From assembly GCA_963833095.1 (NCBI GenBank), contig CAWHWQ010000008.1, positions 128,001 through 192,000 of the forward strand: 64,000 bases of DNA, written 5' to 3'. The position numbers and the translations under genes are program-made. The notes under the pieces were generated by a model. It was not told where the DNA came from and ran no database searches. It worked only from the letters and a program-made list of their open reading frames with translations. Of this stretch, positions 9,669 through 20,604 are shown piece after piece; the stretch's first letter is position 1, and each line of letters starts with the position of its first letter. Source of the DNA: Vulcanimicrobiota bacterium. GTDB lineage: Bacteria; Vulcanimicrobiota; Vulcanimicrobiia; Vulcanimicrobiales; Vulcanimicrobiaceae.

Positions 9669-10607
9669 ATGAGCACCTACGCACTCTTTGGCGCATCCGG
9701 TTCCACGGGTGCAAGCATCGCCTCCGCACTCGAGGCCGTGGGCCAGCAGTACCGCGTCGTTGGGCGCGACCGCGCGACGCTCCAGGCGGAATTCGGAAAT
9801 CGGCCGCTCGCCGAGATCACCGAGTGGAATCCCGACGACCCCGCATCGGTCCAAGCCGCCGCGACCGGCATCGATACGATCTTCTATCTCGTCGGCGTCC
9901 CCTACAATCATTTTGAACTGCATCCGCAGATCATGCGCGCGACGCTGAACGGTGCGATCGCGGCTGGCGTGAAACGCATCGTACTGCTCTCGCCGATTTA
10001 TAGTTACGGGCGGCCGGCGTCGGCGACCGTCGACGAATCGCATTCGCGCAACCCCGACACGTTTAAAGGCAAGATGCGCAAAGAGCAAGAGGATCTCGTG
10101 CTCACCGCCCACGCCGCCGGCCAAATCGAGGCCACGATTCTGCGCGTTCCGGATTTCTACGGCGGCGATCCCAAGAAGAGTTTAGTCGGCGATATTTTCG
10201 TTGCTGCGGTGAGCAAGCGCCGCGCCAACGTCATCGGTCCGATCGATAAGCCGCATCAATACGTCTTCATCGACGATATCGGCCCTGTCGCGCTCGCGCT
10301 CGCGCGCGAAGACCGCGCCTTCGGCAAAGCGTGGAACTTCGCCGGCTCGGGCACGATCACGCAGCGTGAGTTTGCAACAAAAGTGTTCGCGCAGGTTGGC
10401 CGCAAGCCGCAATTGATGGTAGCCAACCTCTTCATGCTGCGCTTGATCGGGCTGTTCGACCCGATCATGCGCGAGCTCGTCGAAATGAATTATCTTCAGA
10501 GCGATCCGGTGCTGCTCGACGACCACGCGTTACGCACGCTGCTTCCCGGAGTGCGCGTAACATCCTACGACGACGGTATCGCCCACGTCTTGTCGACGAC
10601 GGCCTAA
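9669..10607 (+). CDS. NAD-dependent epimerase/dehydratase (SDR/NmrA-like)
   Basis: MSTYALFGASGSTG Rossmann motif; RVPDFYG. Confidence 0.85.
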   Translation: MSTYALFGASGSTGASIASALEAVGQQYRVVGRDRATLQAEFGNRPLAEITEWNPDDPASVQAAATGIDTIFYLVGVPYNHFELHPQIMRATLNGAIAAGVKRIVLLSPIYSYGRPASATVDESHSRNPDTFKGKMRKEQEDLVLTAHAAGQIEATILRVPDFYGGDPKKSLVGDIFVAAVSKRRANVIGPIDKPHQYVFIDDIGPVALALAREDRAFGKAWNFAGSGTITQREFATKVFAQVGRKPQLMVANLFMLRLIGLFDPIMRELVEMNYLQSDPVLLDDHALRTLLPGVRVTSYDDGIAHVLSTTA

Positions 10608-11620
10608 TTTTCGAGCGGTACCGCGGCGTCGCTTTCGATCAACCCTTCAGATCGAAGATCGGACCAGAACGCCTGCGGAATATTCGTCTTGAGCGAGGTG
10701 TAGTCGGCGAGCACCTGCTGTGGACTCGCGCAACCGACGACCAATGCGGCCGCGACGTCCGGCGCAACCGAAAACCGCAGCGAGGCTGTGCGAAGATCGA
10801 CACCGTACCGTGCGGCAACCGCACGCAGCGCAGCGCGCTTCTCGATGGCCTGCGCCGGAATCTTGTAATTCTCGCTGCCGTAATTGAAGCGGGCGCTGCC
10901 ACTGATGAAGCCCGCGTTGAGCGACGAGCCGACGACGAAGCCCATTCCGCGCTCGCGTGCCCTGGGAAAGACCTGATGCAGCGCAGGCTCATGATCGATC
11001 AGCGAGTATTGACGCGCCAGGAGACAGACGTTCGCATCCGCGACGTCGAGCAGCTTGAGAATCGGTTCGGGTGAGTTGACGCCAAGCCCCCAGCCTTTTA
11101 TTACGCCTTGGTCGCGCAATTTACTCAACGCCGGGAACGCGCCCTTGCGCGCGATTTCAAATTGCTCTTCCCACGGCCCCGGGAGCCACGGATTATCCGG
11201 CGAGAGATCGTGAACGAACACGACGTCGAGGGCATCGACGCCTAACCGCTGCAGGCTGTCTTCGATCGAGCGCTTGACGCCGTCGGCAGTGTAATCGTAG
11301 CGGAGGTTGTTCGGCGAGGGCGTGAATGGAAAGTATTGCTTCGCATTATTGTTGCGCGACGCCGTAAGTAATTTACCGACCTTTGAAGATAAGATGTACT
11401 CGCTGCGCGTTTGTTTGTGCAGGAACGTGCCGAGACGCCGCTCTGCCAGCCCCAAACCGTACCAGGGAGACGTGTCGTAGTAGCGCACCCCGGCGTTCCA
11501 TGCGGCTTCGATCGTCGCGTAGGCGATTTCATCGGTGACGTACGCAAACTCGTTGCCGAACGGCACGCCGCCGAGACCAAAGGTCTTTTCCGGGAAGATT
11601 TCAAACGCGTTCATACCCAC
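10604..11620 (-). CDS. Aldo/keto reductase
   Basis: YYDTSPWYGLGLAE, SSKVG, SLQRLG and VFVHD motifs. Confidence 0.92.
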   Translation of the reverse strand: MGMNAFEIFPEKTFGLGGVPFGNEFAYVTDEIAYATIEAAWNAGVRYYDTSPWYGLGLAERRLGTFLHKQTRSEYILSSKVGKLLTASRNNNAKQYFPFTPSPNNLRYDYTADGVKRSIEDSLQRLGVDALDVVFVHDLSPDNPWLPGPWEEQFEIARKGAFPALSKLRDQGVIKGWGLGVNSPEPILKLLDVADANVCLLARQYSLIDHEPALHQVFPRARERGMGFVVGSSLNAGFISGSARFNYGSENYKIPAQAIEKRAALRAVAARYGVDLRTASLRFSVAPDVAAALVVGCASPQQVLADYTSLKTNIPQAFWSDLRSEGLIESDAAVPLEN

Positions 11621-11687
11621 GCTTATCCCCGCGTCGCCTGGGGTCTAACGCTCTAGACGCCACAGAGCTTCGGCGTGATGGTAGCAC

Positions 11688-12806
11688 ATGCGTTTGAGCT
11701 GCGCCATCCTGCTTGTGATCGCGATCGCGGCAATCGCGCCGCAAACGACGATGGCCCTGTGCGCCGGCGCCGTCAGCGTGCTCCTCGAATCCCTACCCTA
11801 CCTGGCCGTCGCGGCTTTATGTTCACCCTTGGCTGGGCGCTATACACACGCGCTCGTCGCCTACGCCGGTTGCGGCTGCGCAACGGGCCCAAGCGCGCGA
11901 TCGATTCCGGCCGCAGTTGCGACTGCCGCGATCTTCGGCCTGCCGGTCGCAATAGCGCGCGTTGCCGCGGCGACCGCGATGTCGCGTTTCGTTCGCGGGC
12001 ACGATCACGACGCGCGAATCGACGTCCTTGGCGAGGTCGCTTCGCTCATTCCGGCCGCGCTGCTCTCGGCGTCGATCATGCTGATGCTGCCGTCGCTGGC
12101 GCTACACAGTTTGCCGGGGCCGCTCCTCTTCGTCGGCGGTGCGCTGCTCGGCGTCGTGGCATCACCCTGTGCGCTCGGCGGCGTTGCACTCGCGGCATCG
12201 CTCCATGCAACCGCTCCATTCGCCGGCGCCGGCGTGCTGTGCACCGCGGGTATCGTGCCGAACGTGTGGCGGCGGCGAACCCACGCTGCGCTGCACGACC
12301 CGTGGACCTACGCTTTGTTTTCGCTTGCCTGCGCGCTCGTCGCCGCGCGCCACGGCGGGGCGCTCGTGCATCCGCGCATGACGATTCCGCTCGCCCTTAC
12401 GGCGTTTGCGTGTTTGTTATTTGCCTGGCGCTTTCGCGCGTGCAACGCAGGCTCGCCCCGCTTCCTTGCCGCCTCAGTGCTTGCCGTCGTCGTCATCGGT
12501 GCACCCGTTCCAGCGTATCACGTCACCGAAACGACGCTTGCGGATGGCTTCGCGGGCGAGCATATGGACTTCACCGGCATTGCCGTTGCGGAGAACGGCG
12601 CGTCCGCACTCGTGCGCTATGCGATCACCTGTTGCCGCGCTGACGCCGCACCGGTCGCGCTTGCGCTCGATCGCAACCTCGCGCGTGTTAAAGGGCGTTG
12701 GATGCACGCGAGTGGAACGCTTGAGCGTAACGGCGCAGAGCTACGACTGCGTGTTGACCGCCTCGACCCGGTTACGCCGCCGGCCGATCCGTTCGTGTAC
12801 CGCTAG
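11688..12806 (+). CDS. Permease (DUF318/YcgR-like) fused to a C-terminal DUF1980/YcgQ-like domain
   Basis: Many TM segments with LLESLPYL, GCGC and SPC; C-terminal RYAITCCRADA...G.W...SG.L. Confidence 0.65.
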   Translation: MRLSCAILLVIAIAAIAPQTTMALCAGAVSVLLESLPYLAVAALCSPLAGRYTHALVAYAGCGCATGPSARSIPAAVATAAIFGLPVAIARVAAATAMSRFVRGHDHDARIDVLGEVASLIPAALLSASIMLMLPSLALHSLPGPLLFVGGALLGVVASPCALGGVALAASLHATAPFAGAGVLCTAGIVPNVWRRRTHAALHDPWTYALFSLACALVAARHGGALVHPRMTIPLALTAFACLLFAWRFRACNAGSPRFLAASVLAVVVIGAPVPAYHVTETTLADGFAGEHMDFTGIAVAENGASALVRYAITCCRADAAPVALALDRNLARVKGRWMHASGTLERNGAELRLRVDRLDPVTPPADPFVYR

Positions 12807-13204
12807 GAGAGCACGGCGGCCTTTCGCGGCTCCAATACCTCGACCGGAATCCCGTTGGGATCTTCGATAAAGGCGATCGCGCGCGTGCCGCTCGGCGATT
12901 TATAGGCGTCTTTGAGAATCTTCACGCCGCGCTCACGCAGTTGCGCGATGTACGGCTCGAGTTCGCCGTCGGCTTCGATCGCCAAATGCTCGTAGCGATT
13001 GCCGATCGTATACGGCGAATGCTCTTCCAAATCGTAGACCAACTCGATATACGCATTCCAATCCGAGCCGACGAACGCCATGTCGGCGTTACCGGGATAG
13101 TGGAACGGACCGTCGAGCAATTTGAGCCCAAGCTTGTTGGTGTAGAAGTCGATCGACTCATCCATGTTGTTCACGAAGATCGATGTATGCAGAAAGCGTG
13201 GCAT
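12803..13204 (-). CDS. VOC family / lactoylglutathione lyase-like
   Basis: FLHTSIFV, IELVY, HLAI and FIEDPNGIPVE motifs. Confidence 0.9.
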   Translation of the reverse strand: MPRFLHTSIFVNNMDESIDFYTNKLGLKLLDGPFHYPGNADMAFVGSDWNAYIELVYDLEEHSPYTIGNRYEHLAIEADGELEPYIAQLRERGVKILKDAYKSPSGTRAIAFIEDPNGIPVEVLEPRKAAVLS

Positions 13205-13278
13205 GTCAGGTCCTTTCCTACCGGGACTTTCGGCTCAGCAACCAGGGCCATTCTCGGTTGGGGAAAAATAGCGTTTGC

Positions 13279-14748
13279 ATGAAGTTATTTGCAGTAGCGG
13301 CGTTCGTCTTCGTATTGCTATTCCCCGTTGCGGGCCGGGGCGCCGATGATGCGGCTTGGTTAAAGTATACCCACCACGGATACACGGGATTCAATTTCGG
13401 CGACGGGACGATTCATACGTTAGCCTACGACTTCACCGACACGTATAACAAGAAGCCCGTCTCGAACGGGCATGTCGTGCGCGCCGGGCTCGCCTACCGA
13501 AAAAGCGTCCACTGGTCGGACGAGAATACCGATTCGAGTGATGGTTTTACCGGATCGCTTTTCTGGTATTCCGACGCGAACGGCTTTCCCACAAAGCTCG
13601 AAGGCAATGACGTCCCTTCCACCTACGCCGAAGACCTGATCGAGACCGACGCAATCGCCGCGCTACCTTGGAGCTACGAGCGCACCGTCACGGAGTCCGG
13701 CGCCGATTTGGCGGCAGTCCGCGTGACGCTCAACAACGGGTTCCCGATCGAGCTCTATGTCGACCGCGCAAGCGGCGCGTATAAACGCGTCGTGCTCGAC
13801 CCCGGCGGAGCGTACGAGATGTCGCTCGATAACATCGTGTATAGGGAAGCGCAGCCGGGGCTGCGAGTCATCACGGCGATGCAATACGGAAAAGATGGCG
13901 ATCGTCTGACCGTCGATCATGTCGTCCTCAACCCTTTGGTCGCGGACGTGGACCTGCAGCCGCCGTCACGCACCGCGCAGTGGAAATTTGGCACCGGCAC
14001 CGTGCCGCTCACACTCACTCACGATCGCATCGTCGTGCACGCATCGGTAAATGGCGTCCCCGGTACTTTTCTCCTCGATACAGGTGCCGCCGGCATTTTT
14101 TTCACCGGCGATTTTGCGCGGCGCGCGCACATCACGCATGCCACGGGCCACGGTTCCGCGATCTCATTATATGGGACTGAGAAGACCGATATCGGGCGCA
14201 TCGACAGCTTGCAGATCGGCGACAGCACGCTGACAAACGCGCTCGTATACTACGGGATGGCCTCGTTTGATGTGTGGGGGCCGGACGGCTTGCTGGGTTA
14301 CGGCGCGCTCGCCGGAGCCTACGTTTCGGTCAACCTCAAGGATGCAACCATGACGTTGCGGGACGCCGCGGATGTGGATCCCGCGTCCACCGGTGGTATG
14401 GTCGTTCCCGCAAGTTTTGCCGGAGGCCAGCCATCGATCGCGATGCTCCTGAACAAGCGGCTCACGTTCGACGCGGTCGTCGATACGGGAAATCCGGGCG
14501 GCGTGGTCATCCCTGCGCGCATCATCTCCGGCTACGGACTTCACTTCTACCAGCCGGATTCTGGTCCGTGCGGTCGTCTCGATACCTTGTCGATCGGAAC
14601 GCTGAACTACGACTCACCGGACGCGTGCGTGGCATTCGGAGGCGGCGGTCGCTGGCTCCTCGCCGGTATGGATTTTCTTCGCAAGTTCGATCGCATCGAT
14701 TTCGACTATCCGCTTGGCGACGTGGTGCTCTTTCCGAAGAAAGAATAA
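13279..14748 (+). CDS. Secreted protein with two retropepsin-like aspartyl protease domains
   Basis: Signal peptide MKLFAVAAFVFVLLFPVAG; FLLDTGA...DGLLG and VVDTGN...LAGMDFL. Confidence 0.8.
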   Translation: MKLFAVAAFVFVLLFPVAGRGADDAAWLKYTHHGYTGFNFGDGTIHTLAYDFTDTYNKKPVSNGHVVRAGLAYRKSVHWSDENTDSSDGFTGSLFWYSDANGFPTKLEGNDVPSTYAEDLIETDAIAALPWSYERTVTESGADLAAVRVTLNNGFPIELYVDRASGAYKRVVLDPGGAYEMSLDNIVYREAQPGLRVITAMQYGKDGDRLTVDHVVLNPLVADVDLQPPSRTAQWKFGTGTVPLTLTHDRIVVHASVNGVPGTFLLDTGAAGIFFTGDFARRAHITHATGHGSAISLYGTEKTDIGRIDSLQIGDSTLTNALVYYGMASFDVWGPDGLLGYGALAGAYVSVNLKDATMTLRDAADVDPASTGGMVVPASFAGGQPSIAMLLNKRLTFDAVVDTGNPGGVVIPARIISGYGLHFYQPDSGPCGRLDTLSIGTLNYDSPDACVAFGGGGRWLLAGMDFLRKFDRIDFDYPLGDVVLFPKKE

Positions 14749-14751
14749 CAG

Positions 14752-16325
14752 TCAGTGAAGGAAGTATCGGTAGCTTGAAAACACGAGCGATACCCCGTGC
14801 TTGTCGGCGGCTGCAATCACCTCGTCGTCGCGTACCGAGCCGCCGGGCGCGATGATCGCCGTGCAGCCGGCGGCAACCGCCGCCTCGAGCCCGTCAGCGA
14901 AGGGGAAGAAGCCGTCGCTTGCGCACGCAGCGCCGCGAGCACCGTCGCCGGCACGATGCGCCGCGATCACGACCGCGCTCACGCGATTGGTTTGCCCGGC
15001 GCAGATCCCGCGCGTCGTGCCGCCGTTGACGATCACGATGCCGTTGGACTTGACGTGGCGCACGACGTCCCAGGCGAGCGCTAGGTCATGCCATTCTTGC
15101 GCGCTGGGTTGACGCTTCGAAACGACCCTCCATTCTTCGGGGGGCGCCGCGGGATTGTCGTCTTCGGCGAGCACGCCCCCGAGCGCACTACGCACGCGCA
15201 GTTCGCGCGCGAGCTCGTCGGGAAGCGAGGGGACGAAGCGCATGATGCGCAGATTCTTTTTTTCTTGAGCAGCTCGAGCGCCGCCGCATCGAAGGCCGGC
15301 GCGGCCACGATCTCGAGAAAAAATTTCGACAGCGATTGCGCCGCTTCGATATCGATCGTCGCATCCGTTGCAACGATACCGCCGTAGGCCGAGACCGCGT
15401 CGGCCTCGAGCGCATCGTGCACCGCTTTGCCGACGGTCGAACGCTGCGCGACGCCGCACGGCACCGTATGCTTCACCACTGCTGCGCGCACGAAACGTTC
15501 GTGCTCGCTGCCAAAGGTCGCGCCCAGCGGTGCGCGCGAGAGCAATCGCAGCGTCGCGTCCAAATCGAGTAAATTATTGTACGAAAGCGCCTTGCCGTGC
15601 AGTTGTTCGGGCAAACGGTCCGGACGGTCGAGATAGAATGCGGCACGATTTTGCGGATTGGTTCCATAGCGTAAGCGCTGCATGAGCGGCAGCGTCACGG
15701 TGAGAGCGCCGGGAAGATCGCTGGGCAGCACCGAGCCTTCGGTAGCGAGATAGTGCGCGATCGCCGCGTCGTACTCGGCGGTACGTTCGAAGGCTGCAAT
15801 CGCGAACTCGCGGCGCATTTGCGTGGGCACGGTGCCCGCTTCCAGCGCCGCAATGAATTTCTCGTATTGCGACGGATGCGTGAGCACTGCGACGTGATCA
15901 AAATTCTTGGCTGCCGCGCGCAGCAGCGAGACCCCGCCGATATCGATCTGCTCGATCGCTTCAGCGTGCGTCGTTCCGCCCTTAGCTACCGTGGCTTCAA
16001 ATGGATAGAGATTCGCCGCCACGGTCGTGATCGGCGCGATCGCGTACTTTTCCGCCTGGGTTTGATGGTCGGGGTTGTCGCGATCGTAAAGGATGGCGCC
16101 GAACACCTTGGGATGCAGGGTCTTCACGCGCCCGTCAAAGAGTGGCGGGAATCCGGTCATCTCACCGACGTCTTGCGCGGGAACCCCGTGATCTTGCAGA
16201 TACTGCTTCGTTCCGCCGGTCGCGTAGATGACCGTACCGCGCTCGTGCAATGCGCGCGCGAGTTCCACCGATCCGCTCTTGTCCGAAAGTGAAAAGAGGG
16301 CCGCCGGTTTGGTTCGATCAGGCAA
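14752..16325 (-). CDS. purH: Bifunctional AICAR transformylase/IMP cyclohydrolase, frameshifted at an A7 run (15257-15263)
   Basis: GRVKTLHP, IDIGG, LSYNN and KH motifs, then HVKSN, GQTNRV, SDGFFPF and PGGSVRD in the next frame. One extra A restores KKKKNLR. Confidence 0.93.
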
Positions 16326-19300
16326 GTGCCAGCTCCGGATGGCGCTCCGCAGAGAGCGTGGCGGCTATGATCGTGCTCACGCCCGGCTCTTTCATCGTTA
16401 CGCCGTACATCCGGTCTGCAAGCTCCATCGTCTTCTTGTTGTGCGTGACGATGATCATCTGCGAGTCGCTCGCGAGCTCACGCACCATATCCGAGAAGCG
16501 TTCGACGTTAGCGTCGTCGAGCGCCGCGTCGACTTCGTCGAGCAGATAGAAGGGCGATGGCTTGACTGCAATGAGCGCAAAGATCAGCGCGGCTGCCGTC
16601 ATCGCGCGTTCACCGCCCGAAAGCGCCGTTAGCGCCATCAGTTTCTTGCCCGGGGGTTGCACCGAGATTTCGATTCCGGTTTCTGAAAGATTCTCGGGGT
16701 TGGTCTGCCACATCTTGGCGTCGCCACCGGGGAAGAGTTTGCCATACATTTCGGTAAACGCGGTCGCGACTTTCTCGAACGTCGCGTTGAAGAGCGCCTG
16801 TGACTGCGCCTCGATCTCCTTGATCGATTCGAGCAACGTCTCGCGCGCCTTGGCGAGATCTTCCATCTGCGTGCGTAGAAACGTCTCGCGTTCCCCAACT
16901 TCTTCACGCTCGGCCTCAGCGTTGAGATTGACGTTGGCCGAGAGCCGCGCAAGCTCTTCGCGCAGCCGCGGCAGATCGTCGATCACCGTATCGGCCTCGT
17001 CGGCGTAGCGACCCTCGACGTCGTGACACTCGTCATCGGTCGCGGGATTCTGCGCGAACTGCGAGACGAGCATCCCGAGCTCCGCTTCGATTTCGGCCAG
17101 GCGCGTGCGATGGCGCTCGCCGCCGGCAACCGCTTCACGTTCGTCGTTCTCGGCTGAGCGCAGATCGGCTTCGAGTTGCAGGAGCCCGTTGGCCATCGTT
17201 TCGCGCTCGCGGCGCGCGACGTCGAGTTTGGCGTCGAGATCGCTGACACCGCGCCGCAGGCCCTCGACGTGGGCGTGCGCGTTACGCGTCTGTTCAGCTA
17301 GTCCGCCGATCTCCGCAAGCATCTGCTCGCGCGCGAGTCGCGCGCGCTCGCTATCTTGATCCAGCATGCCGAGCCGTCCGCGTGAGGCGTCGCGTTCCGC
17401 AGTAAGCGCCGCGACGCGTTCGCGTAAATCGCCGGCGCGATGGCTCGCTTGGAGTTGCGCTTCTTCGGCGCGTGCGATCTCTTCGCGCGCTCGCGCAAGC
17501 TCGGCTTCGAGCGCGGCCCGCTCTTCGTCGCTGTGCACCGCGTCGGCTTCGGGTCCTTCGAGCACCCGTTCACGCTCGCGCGCGTCGCGCGCCCGCACCA
17601 GCACGTCTTCGACGGTCACGTGAGCGCGCGCAACTTCGCTGTGCATGCGCTCCAAGTCGCTGGCGAGTGCGGCCATCTCGGTCCGTAGCTCCGCGCTCTG
17701 AAGTTCGACGCGCCCAAGTCCTTCGCGCGCCGCATCGCGCTCGGCCACGGCGTTCTCGACGCGGACACCGGCCGTGGCCGCTGCATGCTCGAGTGTTTCC
17801 AGTTTCGCGCGCATGCCGGTGAGAGCTTCGCGCAGTGTCTGCGCTTGCACGCGACGCGAAAGAATCGAGCGCTCGCGATGGAAGCGCCCGCCGGTTATCG
17901 CACCACCGCCCGCGATTTGCTCGCCCGAGAGGGTCACGATCGTGTCGCGCAAGCCGCGCTCGCGGACCAAATGGATGCCGGTCTGCAGCGTATCGACGAC
18001 CAGCACGTTGCCGACCAAGAAGCGCACGACGCCTTCGTATTCGGGCTGCGTACGCAGAAGCGTATGCGCATACCCGATCACACCGGGCTGGCTCCCGAGT
18101 TCTGCGGTCATCGTTTTGGCGTCGCGATTGCCCAGCGTATCGAGCGGCAAGAAGGTCGCGCGCCCCTGCTCGCTGCGATTGAGGAATTCGATCGCGCGCT
18201 CGGCGTCCTCGGACGTGGTGGTGATGATGTTCGAGAGTCGCGCACCGAAGGCGACGTCCATAGCGCGCGCGTAACGTTCCTCGGTCGTGATGACGTTTGA
18301 GACAATGCCTTCGATCCCGCGAAGATCGCCGCGCTGCCATGCTTCAACCACGGCACGTGTGCCGGGCACGTGTCCCTCGAGCGAATTCTCCAACTCCTCG
18401 ATCGTGTGCAGGCGCGATTCGGCGCCCTTGACTTCACCGGTTTGATCGCGATGCGCGGCGAGCGCATCGCCTAGTTCGCTCTGCGCGCGCGTCAGCGCTG
18501 CCTCGGCAGCATCACTGCGTTCGCGTCCGCCGGTAAAGTGGGCTTCGAGCGCGCCCAGCTGCGCCTCGCGTTCGGCGTATTTCTGCGACGCTGTTCCCGC
18601 AGTCATTTCCAACTGCGCGACGTGCTCGCGCGCGGCGTGCGCCTCTCCCTCCAAACGCTCGGCCTCTGCGCGCAGGTTCTCGCCCTGCACGCGCCGCTCA
18701 GCACGTTTGGCTGCACCCTGCGCCACGTGGGTTTCCACTTCGCGCAGGCGGGTGAAGATCGCATCGAGTTGCGCGCGCGCCTGCGCGAGCGAGGTTTGCG
18801 CCTGCAGCTCAGCCTCGCGTCCGGCCTCGAGCTCGCCCGCCAGCGGCGCCAGGCGCGCTTCGAGACGCTCGATGGTGACGCTGAGCGATTCACGCTCGGC
18901 TTGCACGCGCGCCGCGTCTTCGTGGGTTTGCGTCGACTGCGATTCAAGGGTTTCCCGGCGCGCGAGCGCAGCGGCGTAGTCGGCTTCGATCCGCGACAGT
19001 TCCGCCCGTTTGCTTTGCGCTTGCCCGCGTATCTCTTCGAGTTGCAGCTCTTGCTGGTACGCACGCGTGCGTAACTCAGCCAGATTCGCACCCAGCTGCG
19101 CGACCTTCGCGGCCGCCGCACCGCGCACGTCTTCTTGTTTCTCGAGTTCGCTGCGAAGCGTTTCACGTTCTGAACGGCGCGATGCGCTCGCGCGCATGTA
19201 CGATAGTATTTCAAGATCGCGAACGCGCGCGCTCACCTTACGGTAGCGTTTGGCGCGGCGCACCTGCGTATCGAGTTCGGGAATGCGCCGCTCGAGTTCG

Positions 19301-19887
19301 CTGATGAGGTCATTGATGCGAATCGCGTTGTTCTCGGTCTGTTCGAGGCGGCGCATCGACTCGTGCTTGCGCGCGAGAAATTTGTTGATGCCGGCCGTCT
19401 CTTCAAAAAGCGCGCGGCGTTCGGTCGGCTTGCTGGTGAGAATCGAATCGATCTGCCCTTGCGAGACGATCGAATACGATCCCGGCCCCAGGCCCGTGCC
19501 CATGAGGAGCTCAACGATGTCGCGCAAACGCACTTGATTGCGATTGATGAAGTACTCGCTCTCGCCGGCACGGTAGGCGCGGCGCGTGATCTCGACCTCG
19601 CTGAATTCGATCGGCAGCTTGCCGCTCGTGTTGTCAAAGGTGAGGGAGACCTCGGCCATTCCGAGCGGCTTGCGCTTGTCGTTGCCGGCGAAGATCACGT
19701 CCTCGAGCTTGCCCGAGCGCAAGCTGCGGCTCGACGTCTCGCCCAGCACCCAGCGAAACGCGTCGACCATGTTTGATTTTCCCGAGCCGTTGGGCCCGAC
19801 GATAGCGGTGATGCCGCCGGCAAAATCGAGCGCGGTCGCCTCGGCAAACGTCTTGAACCCGAAGGCCTTGATCTTCTTTAAATGCAT
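16318..19887 (-). CDS. smc: Chromosome segregation protein SMC
   Basis: GPNGSGKSN, coiled coils, hinge GRATFLPL, LSGGE and LDEVDAALD. Confidence 0.98.
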   Translation of the reverse strand: MHLKKIKAFGFKTFAEATALDFAGGITAIVGPNGSGKSNMVDAFRWVLGETSSRSLRSGKLEDVIFAGNDKRKPLGMAEVSLTFDNTSGKLPIEFSEVEITRRAYRAGESEYFINRNQVRLRDIVELLMGTGLGPGSYSIVSQGQIDSILTSKPTERRALFEETAGINKFLARKHESMRRLEQTENNAIRINDLISELERRIPELDTQVRRAKRYRKVSARVRDLEILSYMRASASRRSERETLRSELEKQEDVRGAAAAKVAQLGANLAELRTRAYQQELQLEEIRGQAQSKRAELSRIEADYAAALARRETLESQSTQTHEDAARVQAERESLSVTIERLEARLAPLAGELEAGREAELQAQTSLAQARAQLDAIFTRLREVETHVAQGAAKRAERRVQGENLRAEAERLEGEAHAAREHVAQLEMTAGTASQKYAEREAQLGALEAHFTGGRERSDAAEAALTRAQSELGDALAAHRDQTGEVKGAESRLHTIEELENSLEGHVPGTRAVVEAWQRGDLRGIEGIVSNVITTEERYARAMDVAFGARLSNIITTTSEDAERAIEFLNRSEQGRATFLPLDTLGNRDAKTMTAELGSQPGVIGYAHTLLRTQPEYEGVVRFLVGNVLVVDTLQTGIHLVRERGLRDTIVTLSGEQIAGGGAITGGRFHRERSILSRRVQAQTLREALTGMRAKLETLEHAAATAGVRVENAVAERDAAREGLGRVELQSAELRTEMAALASDLERMHSEVARAHVTVEDVLVRARDARERERVLEGPEADAVHSDEERAALEAELARAREEIARAEEAQLQASHRAGDLRERVAALTAERDASRGRLGMLDQDSERARLAREQMLAEIGGLAEQTRNAHAHVEGLRRGVSDLDAKLDVARRERETMANGLLQLEADLRSAENDEREAVAGGERHRTRLAEIEAELGMLVSQFAQNPATDDECHDVEGRYADEADTVIDDLPRLREELARLSANVNLNAEAEREEVGERETFLRTQMEDLAKARETLLESIKEIEAQSQALFNATFEKVATAFTEMYGKLFPGGDAKMWQTNPENLSETGIEISVQPPGKKLMALTALSGGERAMTAAALIFALIAVKPSPFYLLDEVDAALDDANVERFSDMVRELASDSQMIIVTHNKKTMELADRMYGVTMKEPGVSTIIAATLSAERHPELALA

Positions 19888-19893
19888 TCGTCC

Positions 19894-20592
19894 CTACTGG
19901 TCCGGGAAAAGGGAGGCTAGCGCCGCCAGCGCTGCGGCCTGCTGTGCGGCTTTCTTCGATGGCCCGCTCCCGGTTCCCAACGTCTTGCCCTTGACCTGCA
20001 CGCTCGAGTGGAAGCGCGGCGCTTGCGGCGTGCCGGCACTGCGGTCGCGGTAGACCGGCGTGGCTGAGAGGTGCTCCTGCGCGTAATGCTGCAGCCGCGT
20101 TTTAGGGTCGAGCAGTGCGTCGGGCGCGTGATCGAGCTGCTCGATGTGCTCGGCGACCACAAACGTGCGCGCCTTTTCGATGCCGTAGCGCAGCGCGAGC
20201 GCGGCCACAAAGGCTTCGAATGCGTCGGCCAAGATCGAGGTATTGTCGGCGCCGCCGGCGTTGCGCATGCCCACGCCCAACTCCACGAGCTCGGCAAATC
20301 CCAGGCGCCGCGCCGACTGCGCGAGCTGCGCATCGTTCACAATCGCGGCCTTGCGTACCGTCAGCCGGCCCTCGGGCTCATCCGGAAATCGTTCGTAGAG
20401 CCAGCTTGCGGTAACAAACCCGAGCACCGAATCGCCGAGAAACTCCATGCGTTCGTTCGAGGCGCGGCCGCCTTCTTTGGCATGGCTTTCGTGGATGAAG
20501 GCCTGCTCGATCAGCGTCACATCGCCCGCGACGCGTACGCCCGCGCGAGCGAGAAGCGCCCGCAGACGCCGCCTGTGATTCTCACCGGCCAT
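19894..20592 (-). CDS. rnc: Ribonuclease III
   Basis: NERMEFLGDSVL, ADAFEA and a dsRBD (DPKTRLQ...SKKAAQQ). Confidence 0.97.
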   Translation of the reverse strand: MAGENHRRRLRALLARAGVRVAGDVTLIEQAFIHESHAKEGGRASNERMEFLGDSVLGFVTASWLYERFPDEPEGRLTVRKAAIVNDAQLAQSARRLGFAELVELGVGMRNAGGADNTSILADAFEAFVAALALRYGIEKARTFVVAEHIEQLDHAPDALLDPKTRLQHYAQEHLSATPVYRDRSAGTPQAPRFHSSVQVKGKTLGTGSGPSKKAAQQAAALAALASLFPDQ

Positions 20593-20604
20593 GATCGTAA
20601 CGCG

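Noticed and set aside
15250..15270. Programmed -1 frameshift in purH
   Set aside because: A homopolymer one base short is the typical long-read error, many other indels are present, and the A_AAA_AAG motif is not in the required frame.
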